Below are positions 12,355-25,410 of a stretch of 64,000 bases of DNA, piece by piece; position 1 is the stretch's first letter; every line of letters starts with the position of its first letter. The stretch lies in assembly GCF_009914755.1 (NCBI RefSeq), contig NC_060927.1. One strand, given 5' to 3'. Origin of the DNA: the human T2T-CHM13v2.0 reference genome, Homo sapiens. Below the pieces are notes generated by a model. That model was not told where the DNA came from. It worked only from the letters and a program-made list of their open reading frames with translations, and did no database searches. A program made the position numbers and the translations under genes.

Positions 12355-13145
12355 CTAGGAAACAATGAGACACATCCAGAATGTGGACTATTTACAAGAA
12401 AATAGCCCTGTACTGTTTAAAAAGTCAATGTCATAAAAACATAAAACAAAAGTAGTGAGGATGTTGTCAATTAAAAGAGGCTAAAGAGACATAACAATAT
12501 CAATCTCTTGCAGTTGCTATGGGCTCAATTATGTCCCTCTTCAAAATTCATGTTTAAGTCCTAACCCCCAGTAGCTCAGAGTGTGAGCTTCTTCAGAAAT
12601 AGAGTCATTGCAAATGTTATTAGTTAAGATGAGGTTGTAATGAGGTAGGGTGGACCCCTAATCTACTATGACTGGTGTCCTTATACAGATTGACAAAGTG
12701 TCAATCTCTGATGGGATCCTGCTTCTTTTCAAAAAGTCATTTTAGAGACAATCAAGGATATTTGAATTTAAACTGGATATTATAAACTAGGAATTATTAA
12801 TTTTCTTAAGTATTACTTTATTATTAGTAGTATTATTATTGTAGTAGTATTTAATAATTAGTATTATTAAAGTATTTAGTATGACTAAAGTATGTAAGTA
12901 TTGCCCTTTCTTAGGTATTACCATTCTGTAGGAGAATATCCTTGCTTTTAGGAGATACGTGTTTAAGTGTTTAGGGGTGAGGTGTACTGATGTCTGCAAC
13001 TTATTCTCAAATAATTCTGAAAAATGTGTAGTCTACTGAGTACAGTAAATGTGGCAAAATGTTAACAGTTATTAAATCTAGATGTATGATATAAGTGTTC
13101 CTCTTTCAGCATTCTGTATCTTTGAAATTTTTTAAAATGAAAAGC
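12355..13145 (+). mobile_element. L1ME/L1MC 3' UTR remnant carrying an inserted MLT1 fragment
   Basis: 'catccagaatgtggac...aaaaagtcaatgtcataaaa' and 'gatgtctgcaacttattctcaaat...aaatgtggcaaaatgttaac'. Confidence 0.6.
12515..12689 (+). mobile_element. MLT1B-like LTR 5' fragment (apparent local copy of the 18057 element)
   Basis: 'tgctatgggctcaattatgtccc...ctaacccccagta'. Shares non-consensus bases and flank with 18040-18232. Confidence 0.85.
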
Positions 13146-13289
13146 CTGAGGAAAAATTATTCCTATAATCTTATTTTATATCCTCTATTTATTGAGGAAA
13201 ACCTCCCTTCTTTTATTTCCATAAAAATGACAAAGGCCAGTTCCATCCAACTGAAATGGTCACACAACCCGGAGTTCAGGAACTCACAG

Positions 13290-13585
13290 GAGCAGTGTAA
13301 TGGGTATTAAGCCTGGATCTGTAGAAGATGGTCAGGTGTGGACAGTAGGGCTCCAGCCCCTGCATAGCTGGGCTTAAGTCCCAGCTTCTTTACTTTTTCC
13401 TCATTTAGTGGTCTTGGGCAAAGCACTTAAAACTTCTGGGCCTAGTTTCCTCAACTGTAAAATAAGGATAGTAATATGTTATTTGTTGTGAGAATCATAT
13501 GTTACATTTGTACATGTTATGTAATATTTTTGTGTGTAACACCTACATGTAAAGCAATAGGCCCACCACAAGCAGTAGCTGTTGT
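13290..13585 (+). mobile_element. MIR
   Basis: 'gtcttgggcaaagcacttaaaacttctgggcctagtttcctcaactgtaaaataaggatagtaata'. Confidence 0.7.
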
Positions 13586-13899
13586 GTTAAGTACCAAGGG
13601 CCATCTTGTGAGCCCCTGCAGGCAATTCAGCCCTATTGGAGAATGCAGAGAAAGTTACCTCAAGGAAGCAGAGTTGGGGATCTTGCAGGGCAGGTGGGGG
13701 TGGGCTCTGTCTCCAAAAATGGTAAGATAATTTTAGCAAATGAGATTGAATATACAATCAGTGTTCCTTCATAATTTTGGGTTAAGAGAATTAATGTATT
13801 AACTGTGAACATTTAAAGTATGTCACAGTATTTAAAAATTCTGTTTTGGCATAACTTACTTTGTTTTTAAAGTGTATGGGGAGCCTCAAAGAATAGAAG

Positions 13900-15210
13900 G
13901 GTTGGTAATTGGAGATCTTTATGCAAAAGTATAGAACTTGACCTTTTTGTCACACAACATATAAAAATTAAATAGATCATAGACCTAAATGTAAGAGCCA
14001 ACTGTAAAGCTTATAGAAGAAAAGATGGGAAAAAGTCTTAGTGATCTTGGGTTAGGCAAAGATTTCTAAAATAGGATACAAAAAGGATGAGTTATAAAAT
14101 AAAAAATTTATTAAATTGGAGTTCATCAAAAGACAGTGTCTTCAAAAGTCATCATTAAGAAAATGAGAAGGCAAGCTCTAGACTGGTAGAAAATGTTTGC
14201 AAAATATATGTCCAACAAAGAACTTATATCTAGAATATATGAAAGAATTCTTACAACTCAGTAATAAGAAGGCAACCCAAATTAAAAAATGGGTAAAAGA
14301 TTTGAACAGACACTTCACTAAAGAACATATTCAGATGGCAAATACATACGTAAAAAATTGCTCAACATCATTAGTTAGAACCACAGTGAAGGCTGGGTGC
14401 AGTGGCTCACGCCTGTAATCCCAGCACTTTAGGAGGCCAAGGTGGGCAGATCACCTGAGGTCAGGAATTTGAGAACAGCCTGGCAAACATGGTGAAACTC
14501 TGTCTGTACTAAAAACACAAAAATTAGCCAGGTGTGGTGGCACACACCTGTAGTCCCAGCTACTTGGGAGGCTGAGGCAGGAGAATTACTTCAACCTGGG
14601 AGGTGGAGGTTGCAGTGAGCTGAGATCACGCCACTGCACTCCAGCCTGGGAGACAGAGAGAGACTCCATCTCAAAAAAAAAAACTAAATAAAACAACAAA
14701 AAAACAATAACAACAAAAAATCCACAATGAAACATCACCACATATTCATTAGATGACTAAAATTTAAAAGACAAGACCAAGTGTTGACAAAGATATGGAG
14801 CAGCTGGAACTTTCATACACTGTTGGCAGGAATGCAAAATAGTAAGGCCACTTTGGTAAACAGTTTGGCAGTTTCTTATAAAGTTAAGCATATACTTAAT
14901 GTAATTTTTAGCAATTCCACTTCTAAGTATTTACTCAAGAGAAGTGAAAATATATGTCCACAGAGACTTGGATGGGAATGTTTATAGCTTTATTCATAAT
15001 AACCAAAAACTTTGAGGCAACCCAAATGCCCATCAGCTGGTGAATGGATAAACAAACTATACTGTGTCTATACAATGCAATGCTACTCAGTTAAAAAAAA
15101 AAAAAGGAGTGAACAAAATCATGGAGGACTATCAAAAACATTATAGTAAGTGAAAGAAGGCAGACACAAAAGTCTACATATTACCTACTTCTACCTATAC
15201 AACATTCTGA
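13900..15210 (+). mobile_element. L1M ORF2 3' portion/3' UTR, interrupted by an Alu
   Basis: ORF 14197-14418 retains L1 ORF2 C-terminal similarity (KKWVKDLNRHFTKEHIQMAN). Also 'aacccaaatgcccatcagctggtgaatggataaacaaa'. Confidence 0.85.
14391..14717 (+). mobile_element. AluS
   Basis: Full dimer from ggctgggtgcagtggctcac with an A/AAC tail. Degenerate TSD ccacagtgaa / ccacaatgaa. Confidence 0.95.
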
Positions 15211-17258
15211 CTATTTTAAATAAGGGGGTTCTGAGAAAAACAATCTAGTGGTGATGTAGAGGTGGCCTGACTTGCAGAGATTTCCAAGGTGGGGTACCTG
15301 GTAGGAGGTTGGTTTGGTTATCCTGGCTTGACCTTATGGGGCGTGGGGTTGGGAGTTGATTAGAGAAGGAGGTGTGAACCTAAGAGAATTGTACAGAGAC
15401 CTGGCTTTTCATTCTGGCTCTGTTGGGTATAAACTATGTAGTATTGGGCAAATTACTTAACCTCTATGGGCTTCAATTTTCTCATTAGTAAAATAGGGTT
15501 AAAAATCTGGTCCTAAGGAGAGTGAGAGGTAAGCTGAGCTTGTAGTACCTCAGCTCCCAGAACTGAAGTAGAACTCTATGAAGATTAATTTCCTTCCCAG
15601 TTGGTTTCTTCCCCTTAACCCTCATTGACATGTGTGTCGCTCCTCCCCTCTGCCTCACTTCTTTAGGAAATGTAGGCACAAACCTAAGCTGGGTCAGATG
15701 TGTCCCCTAGCCAGCTTCTTCCCAGCACCAGCCCTCAGTGGGGTCTTTCTTTGGCATAGCTTAGCCGTAACCATTTCATGTGATCTTGGGCAAGTTAACT
15801 TCCTTTCCTGGGAGTCTTCTTTAAAGTGAAGAGCTTGGGTCAGATAATTGCTATGGGTACCAATTTCAGCTCATTCATTCAAGGACTCCCACCCAGAAAT
15901 GACAAATCAGCAGAGTTTAACAAGCAGTTGCATATGGAAATTTGTGGGAGGAGTAAGATCCTCTAAGACCTTGGGCCTGAGTCTGTGGTCCATTCCTCAG
16001 TGGAAAGAGGGCCTTAGGGAAGAGTGTATTGGGAGGAGAAAGATGATGAAGTCAAGGTGGTTCCTGTTCCCCCTACCTCCCTGCACAACCCTCTACCCAG
16101 CAAAGTTTTGTCAGGTGGGTGGGGGCACTGTCCTTTCTTGAAGGAAAATCATTTCTCAGGGTCCAGTCCCCAAATGTTTTTAGCCAGAGGTGCCAATCTC
16201 TGCTCTCCCTTGGCACATCAGGTTTATCAATAGCTTCCAACGAATAGTGACCTGTTGCTATATCCCAGCTTCTTCAAGGAATAATGTCTTATGATTTCTG
16301 TCAGGCTTAAATGCCAGAGCAATGAAAACAACAACAACAGGAAGTAACTCCTCAGCTGCCTTCTTGGAGGAGTTGCACAATTGGGGTTGTTTTGCTGAGT
16401 GAGGAATCCAGCATGCTTGCCTTCCTTGTCTGTATTCCTTGTGATGATTAAGACATTTCACATGAGAATAAACTGCCCATTCAGGGAGTGGTTCAGATCC
16501 TGGGACTCACCAGACACTGAAAGGGTCTGCTTCCCTGGATTTCCTCCTGTCCTCCCTCTGGCCTCCAGGAGGCAATGCCTTGTCTCTGCAGCGGAAAATG
16601 AGGTGCCAGCCCTGACTTGTATAGCAGCGAGAGGCAAAGCACAATCAGGAGGCATGGGGCGTGGCTGGCAGCACAGGCCTCCACAGGCCAGCAGCACCCA
16701 CTGCGTGGGGGAGGAAATGGCAGAGCACCGCTGTCAGCCCTATGGCTTTCTCCTCCAAGGCAGATTCTTCCAGCAGAAGGCTGAGCTGCCCCAGGGGAAA
16801 GAGCCAGCGAAGAGCCACTCACCTCCCAGGCTGAGGGTGATTGATTTCAGCCAGAGATGCCCTTTTTCTTCAAGCTGCAGTACACAGTAATTTCCCAGTT
16901 GTCCTGCTGCATCAACCTGAGTTCTAGCTAGACCAGTATTTTGTCTCTGATGGGCAAATATTTTGTAAAAGACCATGTAGTCACACAGGCCTGGGACTGG
17001 ATCATGGTTCTTTCCCTTAGATGAGTAACTTAGCTCTTGTGCCTCGGTTTCCCCATCTATAGGAGATTGGTAAACCCACCTCAAGGAGTCAGTGTGACAA
17101 GTCACTAAAGGAATGCAAAACATTCAGTGCAGTGGTCTGTATGTGGTATATACTCCGTAATGATGATCATTTTTACAGTTGTTTTTAAGACCCTGCACGC
17201 AGACAAGGATCACATATCCCAGGCTGTTTTGGCAATACAAAGGTTTATTTTAGTATCG

Positions 17259-17437
17259 CAGAAGTTCTCAAAGTGTAGTATGCTGACCAGCAGTATCTGG
17301 AAACTGGTTAGAAATGGAAATTCTCAGGCTTCACCTTGGATCTCCTAAATCAGAAACTCTGTAGGTGAGGCTCAGCAATCTGTTTCAATAAGCCTCCTAG
17401 GTAAGGCTGATGCACACTCGAGTTAGAAAACAAACTG
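17259..17437 (+). mobile_element. MER5A hAT-Charlie MITE
   Basis: cagaagttctcaaagtgt ... gttagaaatggaaattctcagg ... aatcagaaactctg ... gaaaacaaactg. Confidence 0.8.
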
Positions 17438-17634
17438 TGCTTTTTCTGTTGTTGCAAATTCGAGCTAAGAAAATTTAAAATGGTATCACATGATATGTTA
17501 ATCAGTCTCACTTCATGTACTAAATTTGAAATAATGCCAATCATTATGGTTTGTATCATTTTAAAGCTGAAGGGCTGAATGAATTTTGAACAGTATTTAT
17601 ACTTTACCTACTTAGTAGTGTCTTTTTAGTTGAT

Positions 17635-18056
17635 ATCACTTAGAATGCTTTTGGTCACAGATAACAGAAGATTCTGACTCAAATTGGCTTAAGAAATAGG
17701 GAAACATATTAGTTAACATGATAAGAATTCCACAGGTGGGGGCATCTGGAAAACATTATCGGGGGACTTGGCTGCTCTGTGATTCTCTCTGTTCTATGTG
17801 CATCTCCGTATTGGTTTATCCTGAGGATGGGGACCTTATGGCTGTAGCAGTTCTAGATGTCACACCCAGACTTGACAGTGTTTTGAGAAAGAAGCCTATT
17901 TGTGTAACTCTTTAGGACCCAGGAAGGCTTTCCTATGAGATTCTGGAAGACTTCCACTCAAGTCTCATTGGTTATTCCTAAATTACATGCCCACTTCTAA
18001 ACCAGTGACTAGCAAGAAGAGAAGAACATAATTGGTTTATGTCAATCTCTTGTGGC
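17635..18056 (-). mobile_element. Old MaLR LTR (MLT1J/K/L-like)
   Basis: 'agaatgcttttggtcacagataacagaa...gactcaaattggcttaag' and 'tctcattggttattcctaaattacatgcccacttctaaaccagtgact'. Confidence 0.55.
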
Positions 18057-18491
18057 TGCTATGGGTTGAATTGTTTTCCTCCACAAAATTCATATTTCAA
18101 TTCCTAACCCCCAGTACCTCAGAATGTGAGCTTCGTCAGAAATAGACTCATTGCAGTTGTTATTAGTTAAGATGAGGTCATAATGAGGTAGCGTGGACCC
18201 CTAATCTACTGTGACTGGTGTCATTATACAGAGGGCAAATTCAGAGACTCATTCAGGGAGAACAGGGAATATGAAGGCAGAGTTTGGGGTGATACAGCAG
18301 AAGCCAAGGAATGACAAATCCTGGAAAGCAGCATGGAACAGGTTTTCCCTCACAGCGCTTAGAAGGAACCAATCCTGCCAACAACTTGATCTTGGACTTC
18401 TATCTTCTAGAACTGTGAGACCATACAGTTCTATTGTTTAAGCCACCCACTTTGTGGTACTTTGTTATGACAACCCTAGCAAATTAATACT
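18057..18491 (+). mobile_element. MLT1B-like MaLR solo LTR
   Basis: Starts tgctatgggttgaattg and ends 'tttaagccacccactttgtggtactttgttatgacaaccctagcaaattaatac'. Confidence 0.9.
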
Positions 18492-19546
18492 AGAGGGAGG
18501 ACTAGATGTTGGGGAATCCATCACCATGACCACTGTGCCTACCATTAGGTAGTGAATGTTAAATTAATATCTCTACTACAGTGTATGTCTAAAATGTGAG
18601 AAAAGCAGCAGCATGAAATAAAAGGTGCCCAGGCTTTGGAATCCAGAGATCTGGGTTTAAGCTATGCCCCTGACTAGCTATGTGACTTTGAACCCTTTAA
18701 CTGTGAAGTCCACCACTGAGATATGAGATGGGATATCCATGATCAATTATTAGCATAAAAGATTTCAAAGACATTTCCCTCCCTCAGTCCACCAATGAGA
18801 ATACCCACCAATTTTCCACCTGCTTCAATTCTATCCCTACCTCAATTCCTCTCTACCCCACCCCACACCAGGCAAGTTTGAAGTTGTTTCTGAAGAACTA
18901 ATTGAGTAGAGAAGGACAAGAAAGTAGAAAAGAAAGAAGAAAGAGAGGAAGAACTTAGCCTTTAGGGAAGGAAGTCAGTCTGTAGAATAAAGATTTAAGA
19001 GAAGGAAGGGAGGAGATGAGGGGAGAAAATGTTGAGATGGCTGGGAGTAGAGAGAATTTTGAGGGCCTTTAGCCAGTGAAGGGCATCAGTGAGAGTGGAG
19101 TATACGAGATTTAGGTAGAAGAGAAAATAGATTTTCAAGGAGATTTGTTAGGGGTTATGGATTAGATCTCCCTATTACATTTTCAAAAAACTCCAATACA
19201 TAATGGAGTTTCTGAGCTTTGGATAGAGAATGAAGTTAGATTGCACATTTGCCCTTCAGGAGTACTTAATTAAAGAATTTAAACAATAATAAAAAAAATT
19301 AAGCCAGCTCCTGTCCTCCAGCCCCACCCTCACCCCCCACCCCAGCAGCAGCCAGTCAAGGAAAGGGGTACAACTTCATGCTAGGAAGTTCAAAAAGTGG
19401 CGATCGAATAATAAAATGAAGTCTAGCTTGACTTACCATGACCCGTAAAAGTTTCCAATAAGCTATTCTGATGGAAGAAGGTAAGTGAAAAAACTTCTGA
19501 GAATTCACATGACTATGTCCTAATCTGGAGAGAAAGGAACTGAGGT

Positions 19547-19749
19547 AAGACTGCCAGCTTAGACACAGGATATGTAGTCAAATTTGAATTTCAGATAAAC
19601 AATGAGTTTAGGGGATGCCTTATGCAGTATTTGGGACATAAATATACTAAAATATTTTTTTTTGTCTTTCTGAAATTCAAATGTAACTGGGTGTCCTGGG
19701 ATGAAGATGATGATAATATTGATGATGATGGCTAAATCTGGCAACAGTA
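19547..19749. mobile_element. MER53 palindromic hAT MITE
   Basis: Termini ctgccag...atctggcaac. Internal inverted repeat ATTTGAATTTCAGA (19582-19595) / TCTGAAATTCAAAT (19669-19682). Confidence 0.75.
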
Positions 19750-22495
19750 GGCAATGAACAGGCATTCTGTAGAAAATTAAAAAACAAAACAAAACAAAAA
19801 GGCTTAAATAAAAGCCCCTAACTATTCTAGAAAGGCCACAGTGGATATAGGGCTCACTGGTCCTTGGGTTCTTTTCCTGAATGGAGGGACCATTATAAAG
19901 CCTCAGGGGAGCTGCCTGTGGACTTTATTAAAATCCCAGTAGAGAGAGAGGCAAAGTCCTTCAGGCTTCATGTCACTTACAAATGAGTTCTTCTCCTCCC
20001 TACTGTACCCTGAGGCTACAAAAAATTGGATAGACTTGAATTACCCCAGCCTCTAGAAGCTGGAGAAGACAAACAGCCTTTAGGAACAGTAGGATGGAGT
20101 CCATAAAGGAAGTTTTTTCAGAGTCACCTACACTATAATGAGCAAAATAAAAAGGTATGAATCACAAATATGAAAGCAAGCAATAAGTAGAAGGTAAGGA
20201 ATAGATGAAGAAGTCCCCCAAGGAATAGGAGAAAATCTCCTCTGGTCATTTTGAGGCAGCTGGTTTTTGTTCCGATTTTTATAGCAATGAAAGAAAAAGA
20301 AGAGAAAGCAAAGGTCTTAGATTTTTGGTTAACTCACTGCTTTTGGGAATTAATGATTAGGGAGATAATCACAGATACATAAGAAACAAACAGACAAAAA
20401 CTATATATTTTAAAGGATGTTCTGTTGTTTGTAATAGCAAAAATAATGTATACAGTCAGGGATTCGTTGGAAATTTAAAAAGTGGAATACCACACAGTGT
20501 TGAAAAAAGAAGGAATTATACCTGCACTTTCTAATTCTGCGTGAGAATAATTAGATTATGGAACAGCATGAAAGAGGAGACCCTCCTGAGGCTCTTCTGC
20601 ACACCTATGATCACGTGCTTATGTTCAGAAAAGTGCCCAACTGGGTGTTTGCCAAGATGTTATCAACGTTCTAATTTTTTGCCATTCTTTGCACTTCTCT
20701 ATATTGCATTGAAGTTTATTTTTTACATCAAATATGTATCACTTTTATTTAAAACAACAATAAAAATGCTTTGCCCTCTTTAAAAAAAAAAAAAAAGAAA
20801 GAAAAAGCTTGTCTATCTGCCTTCCTTGAGCCAAGAGGCTTTTGAGGTACCTGAAGCACTGTGGGATAAGGAAGACACAGAAGAAAGGAGACTGGGTTAT
20901 GTTTGCTTCTTAGTGAGTGGCCACTTTGCTTGTCCTTAGGACAATTCTTCAGCCATGAGCCCTCAGGTTGTCTCAGGAACAGCTGCTTGGCCTGAAGTGA
21001 CCTATGACCAGCTGGGCAGGCAGCTGATGGGACACTGGAGTTGTGGCAGTTGAAATGTTTTGAAAATCAGAATGAGGCCTTTAGAGTCAGCACCCAGCAG
21101 CTTATTGACCAGGCAGCCTTGGGGCATTGTCTCTCATCCCTAGCCTCGGTTCCCTTGTCCATAAAATGGAGTTAATGGAACATACATTATAGGGCCATTG
21201 TAGGGATCGGATAAAATAATGTACATTAAAGATAATAAATGTCAGTTCCCTACTCAAAGTTTTTCCATTGTGCTGTTAAAATTGGACTTTCATTTTATTG
21301 ATGATTGGACCTTGGTTTGAGGGCAAATGTATTTGGAAATGTTTGTGGCAGGATGAATGTCTTCTATGCCTCCCAGTCTGTACCTACATACCTCGCCTTC
21401 AGCACACTTCAGGATTTCACTACTGCTGGGAGGTTTAGGATTTTATTATTCATTTCCAGAACTTGATTTCCATGTGCATTATCTTGTTTGATACATGAGA
21501 AACAACAGAATTTTACTGTAATTTCTATGAATAGAACATGATTAAACAGTTGTCAGAAAATCAGAACAAAAGAGAATGCTTTATACTCAAAAGGCTTGCA
21601 ATCAGCAATAAAAGGTCAGAATGGTGTCTGTCATCTGAGATGGAGTGGGGTTTCCATTACCCCCTCTGGGTGACAGACTCTTGGTTACCAGCTTTTCATC
21701 TCTGGATTTCAGCACAATTAAACAGCAGACTCAGTCTGCTGCCCCAGGCTGAAACACAAGTTGAGCACATGTGGCTACTTCTAGTTTATTCAGAGCAGCA
21801 ATTTGAATTTAAAAAAATAATTAAGATGAGTTAACCAGTCCTCCATGCTCTTTTTGGAGGGACAGTCTGTCCTGAGGTATGGTGGATACCTTCTCTCTAA
21901 AGTCAGTTTAACATAGGAACCCAGCAAAACGGAATTGCTCACCAGATTAGAGTTTCGGAAACAATGTTTACAACAAAAAATATTTTGTGGCAACTAGTAT
22001 ACCAAAGCAGTGAATTCAAAGAGCTGGGTTCCAGTTCAGGCACCAAGCATGTATGCCATGGAATCCAGGATTAAATCAGAACAAATAAACAGGCAGTTTT
22101 GTCTCAGATGACAACACGTATGCTTTTCATGGAATTAATGTTAAAAGATGGATATACAATAAACCCTGGACACATGCTTAGGCTGGGGCTTCGGAATTCA
22201 AAAACATAGGCAGAGCCATGCCATAACTTTCTTAAGTCAGAGTTCCCTGACCAGGCAGATTTCCCCTCTGTTGGAGTGGGTGTGTGAGAGTACAGGTTTG
22301 ACGTCTTGAAAGTCACAAACATCCTCTGTATGAGAGGAGGGGAATGAAGAAGGGCCTGTGTCGGGTTGAACACAGTTAGGTAGTGATGACGCTGATGAAT
22401 CAATAGCCACCAAATTGTCCAGCATTGAGGTCAAATGCTTCATGAATTTGGTCATTGGTAACCATGGCATTAGTAGCATGGCCCATTGTGAGTGT

Positions 22496-22531
22496 GACTC
22501 TGTGTGTGTGTGTGACTGTGTGTGTGTGTGC
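22496..22531. repeat. Interrupted (TG)n microsatellite
   Basis: Read directly from the sequence. Confidence 0.9.
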
Positions 22532-23649
22532 TTGCATGTATACACATTCAGTGGAATGAGAACAGAAATAAGACATTTTGAACAATTACCCAATTAGCTG
22601 TCCTACAATTACGGGAATGTGACATTCAGTTAAAAATGCAAGGATCATTTTATGTTAAATTGCTCATTTTGAAAGCATCCTCTTGGCTCAGTCGCCATGC
22701 CAACTGGTTCGTAAAGTGGTGCCCATTGCTTTTGAGAGGCAGGACAAGATAGTATCCTTCATACCATGCCTGAGCCAGCTTTCTTATTTAGCAGAGTTGA
22801 AAGCAGGGAGGGAAAGGGTTGTGGTTGGGAGCTGGGGGCTCAGCCAGATTCCCCTTTCAGTGATTTCTCAGGCATGAGGATGACCTGCCTTGGCCACTGC
22901 ATCTGAGGAAATATTGCAGGGGAGAGGCAGGGCAGGGCTGGGAGACTGCCTGAGCAGGGATGTCATTGTACAGTCAGTTAGAGGTCTCTTTTTAAAGCAG
23001 GGTGATGTATGGCAAAAAATGAAAGACAAGTGAATAGGAGCAAAATGGCAGGTTCCAGAGAGTCAGCAGCATCACTGATTGGGGTCCAGCTGGACGCTCA
23101 CCAATAATTCCTCCTGGCATCCAGAAAGCCACGATGGGGGCAGAACCTAAAAATCCTTCTTCCTCTTCTTTGTTTTCAAGTGCCTCTTCTCATGGTCTGA
23201 CCTGCTCAGCCACCCAGAGCCCATCTCTAGGGCATACAAGAACCTCAGTTTTCTTTGGCATCATTCCCTGCTGGCCTCATGCGCACCCACTGCCCACCCA
23301 TAAAGAGAACACAAGCCTGAATACAGTGGAGCCCACTATTCCCACATGTATCATTTTCACATCCTGGAGCTCAGAAAGAAGCAGCTGAGTAGAATCAGGA
23401 TTTCAAAGGACACCAGGCCTCTGCTTCTGACTTGGGTGGCAGCTCAGATCCTAGAGCCTGGAGAGGGCTCTGCATCCAGTGAATGCTTAACAAACAAAAG
23501 CTTATCTGACATGGAATTCCTGAGAAAGCCCCATTAGCCAATGCTCTTCTCTCCTGCACTATGAAATGTAGTGCTCATAACAGTCCTATTGTAGGACATT
23601 AACCAGCACTTGCTTAAAGCAAGGGGGGCTTTCCAATCTGTGTTTATTG

Positions 23650-23850
23650 CAGGCTCTGCTGCTCCACAGCTGGGAAATGTGGACAGGTTCCTTGGGTGTT
23701 CTGAGCATCAGAGAGCCTTGTCTGTAAAATGGGGATAAAAATGCTACCTACCCCACTGAGTTATTGTGAGGACTAAATGAGCAAATGCATGGGAGGGGTC
23801 TAGCTCTGTGCCTGGCACACAGTAAGTACTCAAAAATGATTACCTTTATT
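23650..23850 (+). mobile_element. MIR
   Basis: 'tctgtaaaatggggataa...ttattgtgaggactaaatgag...gtgcctggcacacagtaagtactcaa'. Confidence 0.8.
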
Positions 23851-25410
23851 ATCATATACGTACTTTCAAAAGATGACTCAGTGTCAAAGCTGAGACTCCT
23901 AGAGAGGATCCGTAGCCCCCCAGCCCTGCACACAGATCCTGGGCCCTGGGTACTGAGACACAGGCCAAATGGGATACGATTCGACCTTCACATGACCACC
24001 AGTGGGGTCTTTCTGAAAAGGGAGCTTGGAATTCAGGCAATAGATATGAAACGCAAAGGAGCAGGGAAAGGTCTAGGGGACAAGGGTTGGGCAAACAGTG
24101 TTGAAGTGCCAGCTCCGTTGTTAGCTACCTAGACCAGGGAAAATCAAATTAACCTTTTTGTGCCTTGGTTTCCTCATCAGCCATTGAGATTTTGATACTA
24201 CCTTTCCATCCTAGTTCTTATAAAGATTACATAAGATAACAAATATGAACGTGCCATAACAACTGACAGACACCTCATAAATGTAAGATGGTCCTTTTAG
24301 TTACCCTGAACCCAGTGCAGTGCTTTATAATGTCTCCTGATTTGAAAGCATGAGAGCCCGAGAGAGGGCAGCATGGCTTTCAGTGTGGTGGCTATTTTCC
24401 TTAGACCCTCATTGTCATTGGAAAGAGGTCTGGAATGCAAGACAGGAAAATCTGAATTTGAGTCCCAGCTTCCCCCATCACTAAGTGATCTTAGCAAGTC
24501 TCTTCTATGGCTTCTCACAGAGAGGAGTAGTGTCAGATGACCACTGAGGCTTTCATGGCTCTAGTTCTGTGAGTTTTATTGAACTCCTTATCCCTCTAGC
24601 CAGAGATAACCAGGTTCCCCTCATAGTCCTTACTTAAAACATTTTTTAAAAAAGGTTTATTGAGGTATAATTGGCAGACGATAAACTGAGGACTCCCACT
24701 TCTGGCCAAGGTGGAGAATCAGGGGTGAGAGTCTTGACCCTGTAAGTCTTCCATGGCCTCATGTTTTAGAGAAAATGGAGCCGCTTCCTGGCTGATGCCT
24801 TTGCAGCCCCCAGAACCTCATCTGATTAGGGAAAGCAGCACTATTTTTTCTAATTATCCTGACATTTCTGACAAGGCCATTGTTCTTTAATCCTAAAAAG
24901 ATTTGAAATCATTCTAATCCGGCTGGGCTCATGTCACACGACACTGGCTTCCGGGGTTTCCATGAGCTAGAAGTGCATTAACATTCCCCAAAGGTCACAA
25001 TGGGACTAAGAAAGGGCCTCCAGGCCTGTGATATGGGAGAGAAAGAACTTTGAGAGAGTGATCTTTAAAAAATCGTAACGAAATCTTTGGAACCCCGACT
25101 CTTTCTGCAAAGAAGCAGGTTTTGTCCAGCTCTTCTAGGCTCCCTGAAAGTCAATAAGACCCAGGGAGAGTGGAATGAGCCAAACGGTGCCAACACCCAA
25201 AGCCCTACTAGGAGGAAATCTTGTAGACAACTGCAACTGTCTGGAAGTCTATTAAGTTGGGGTAAGATTAATCCTAAACTTGGATTATAAGGCCAGAAAA
25301 AAAAAAAGTCTTTTTAACAAATGTATTCCAGAAAGTCATCAGCCATGTGGTCAATCGTGGAAAATAATGTTATCAAAGAATAATCAACAACCCAGGAAAA
25401 GTCTCCACAA

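Noticed and set aside
14197-14987. Reverse-transcriptase/ORF2-like ORFs as an active retroelement
   Set aside because: Fragmented, frameshifted old L1 interrupted by an Alu, with no intact ORF2.
16399-17123. Cluster of overlapping 100-160 aa ORFs on both strands
   Set aside because: No recognisable protein family, non-ATG starts, and partly MIR-derived. Expected by chance in GC-richer DNA.
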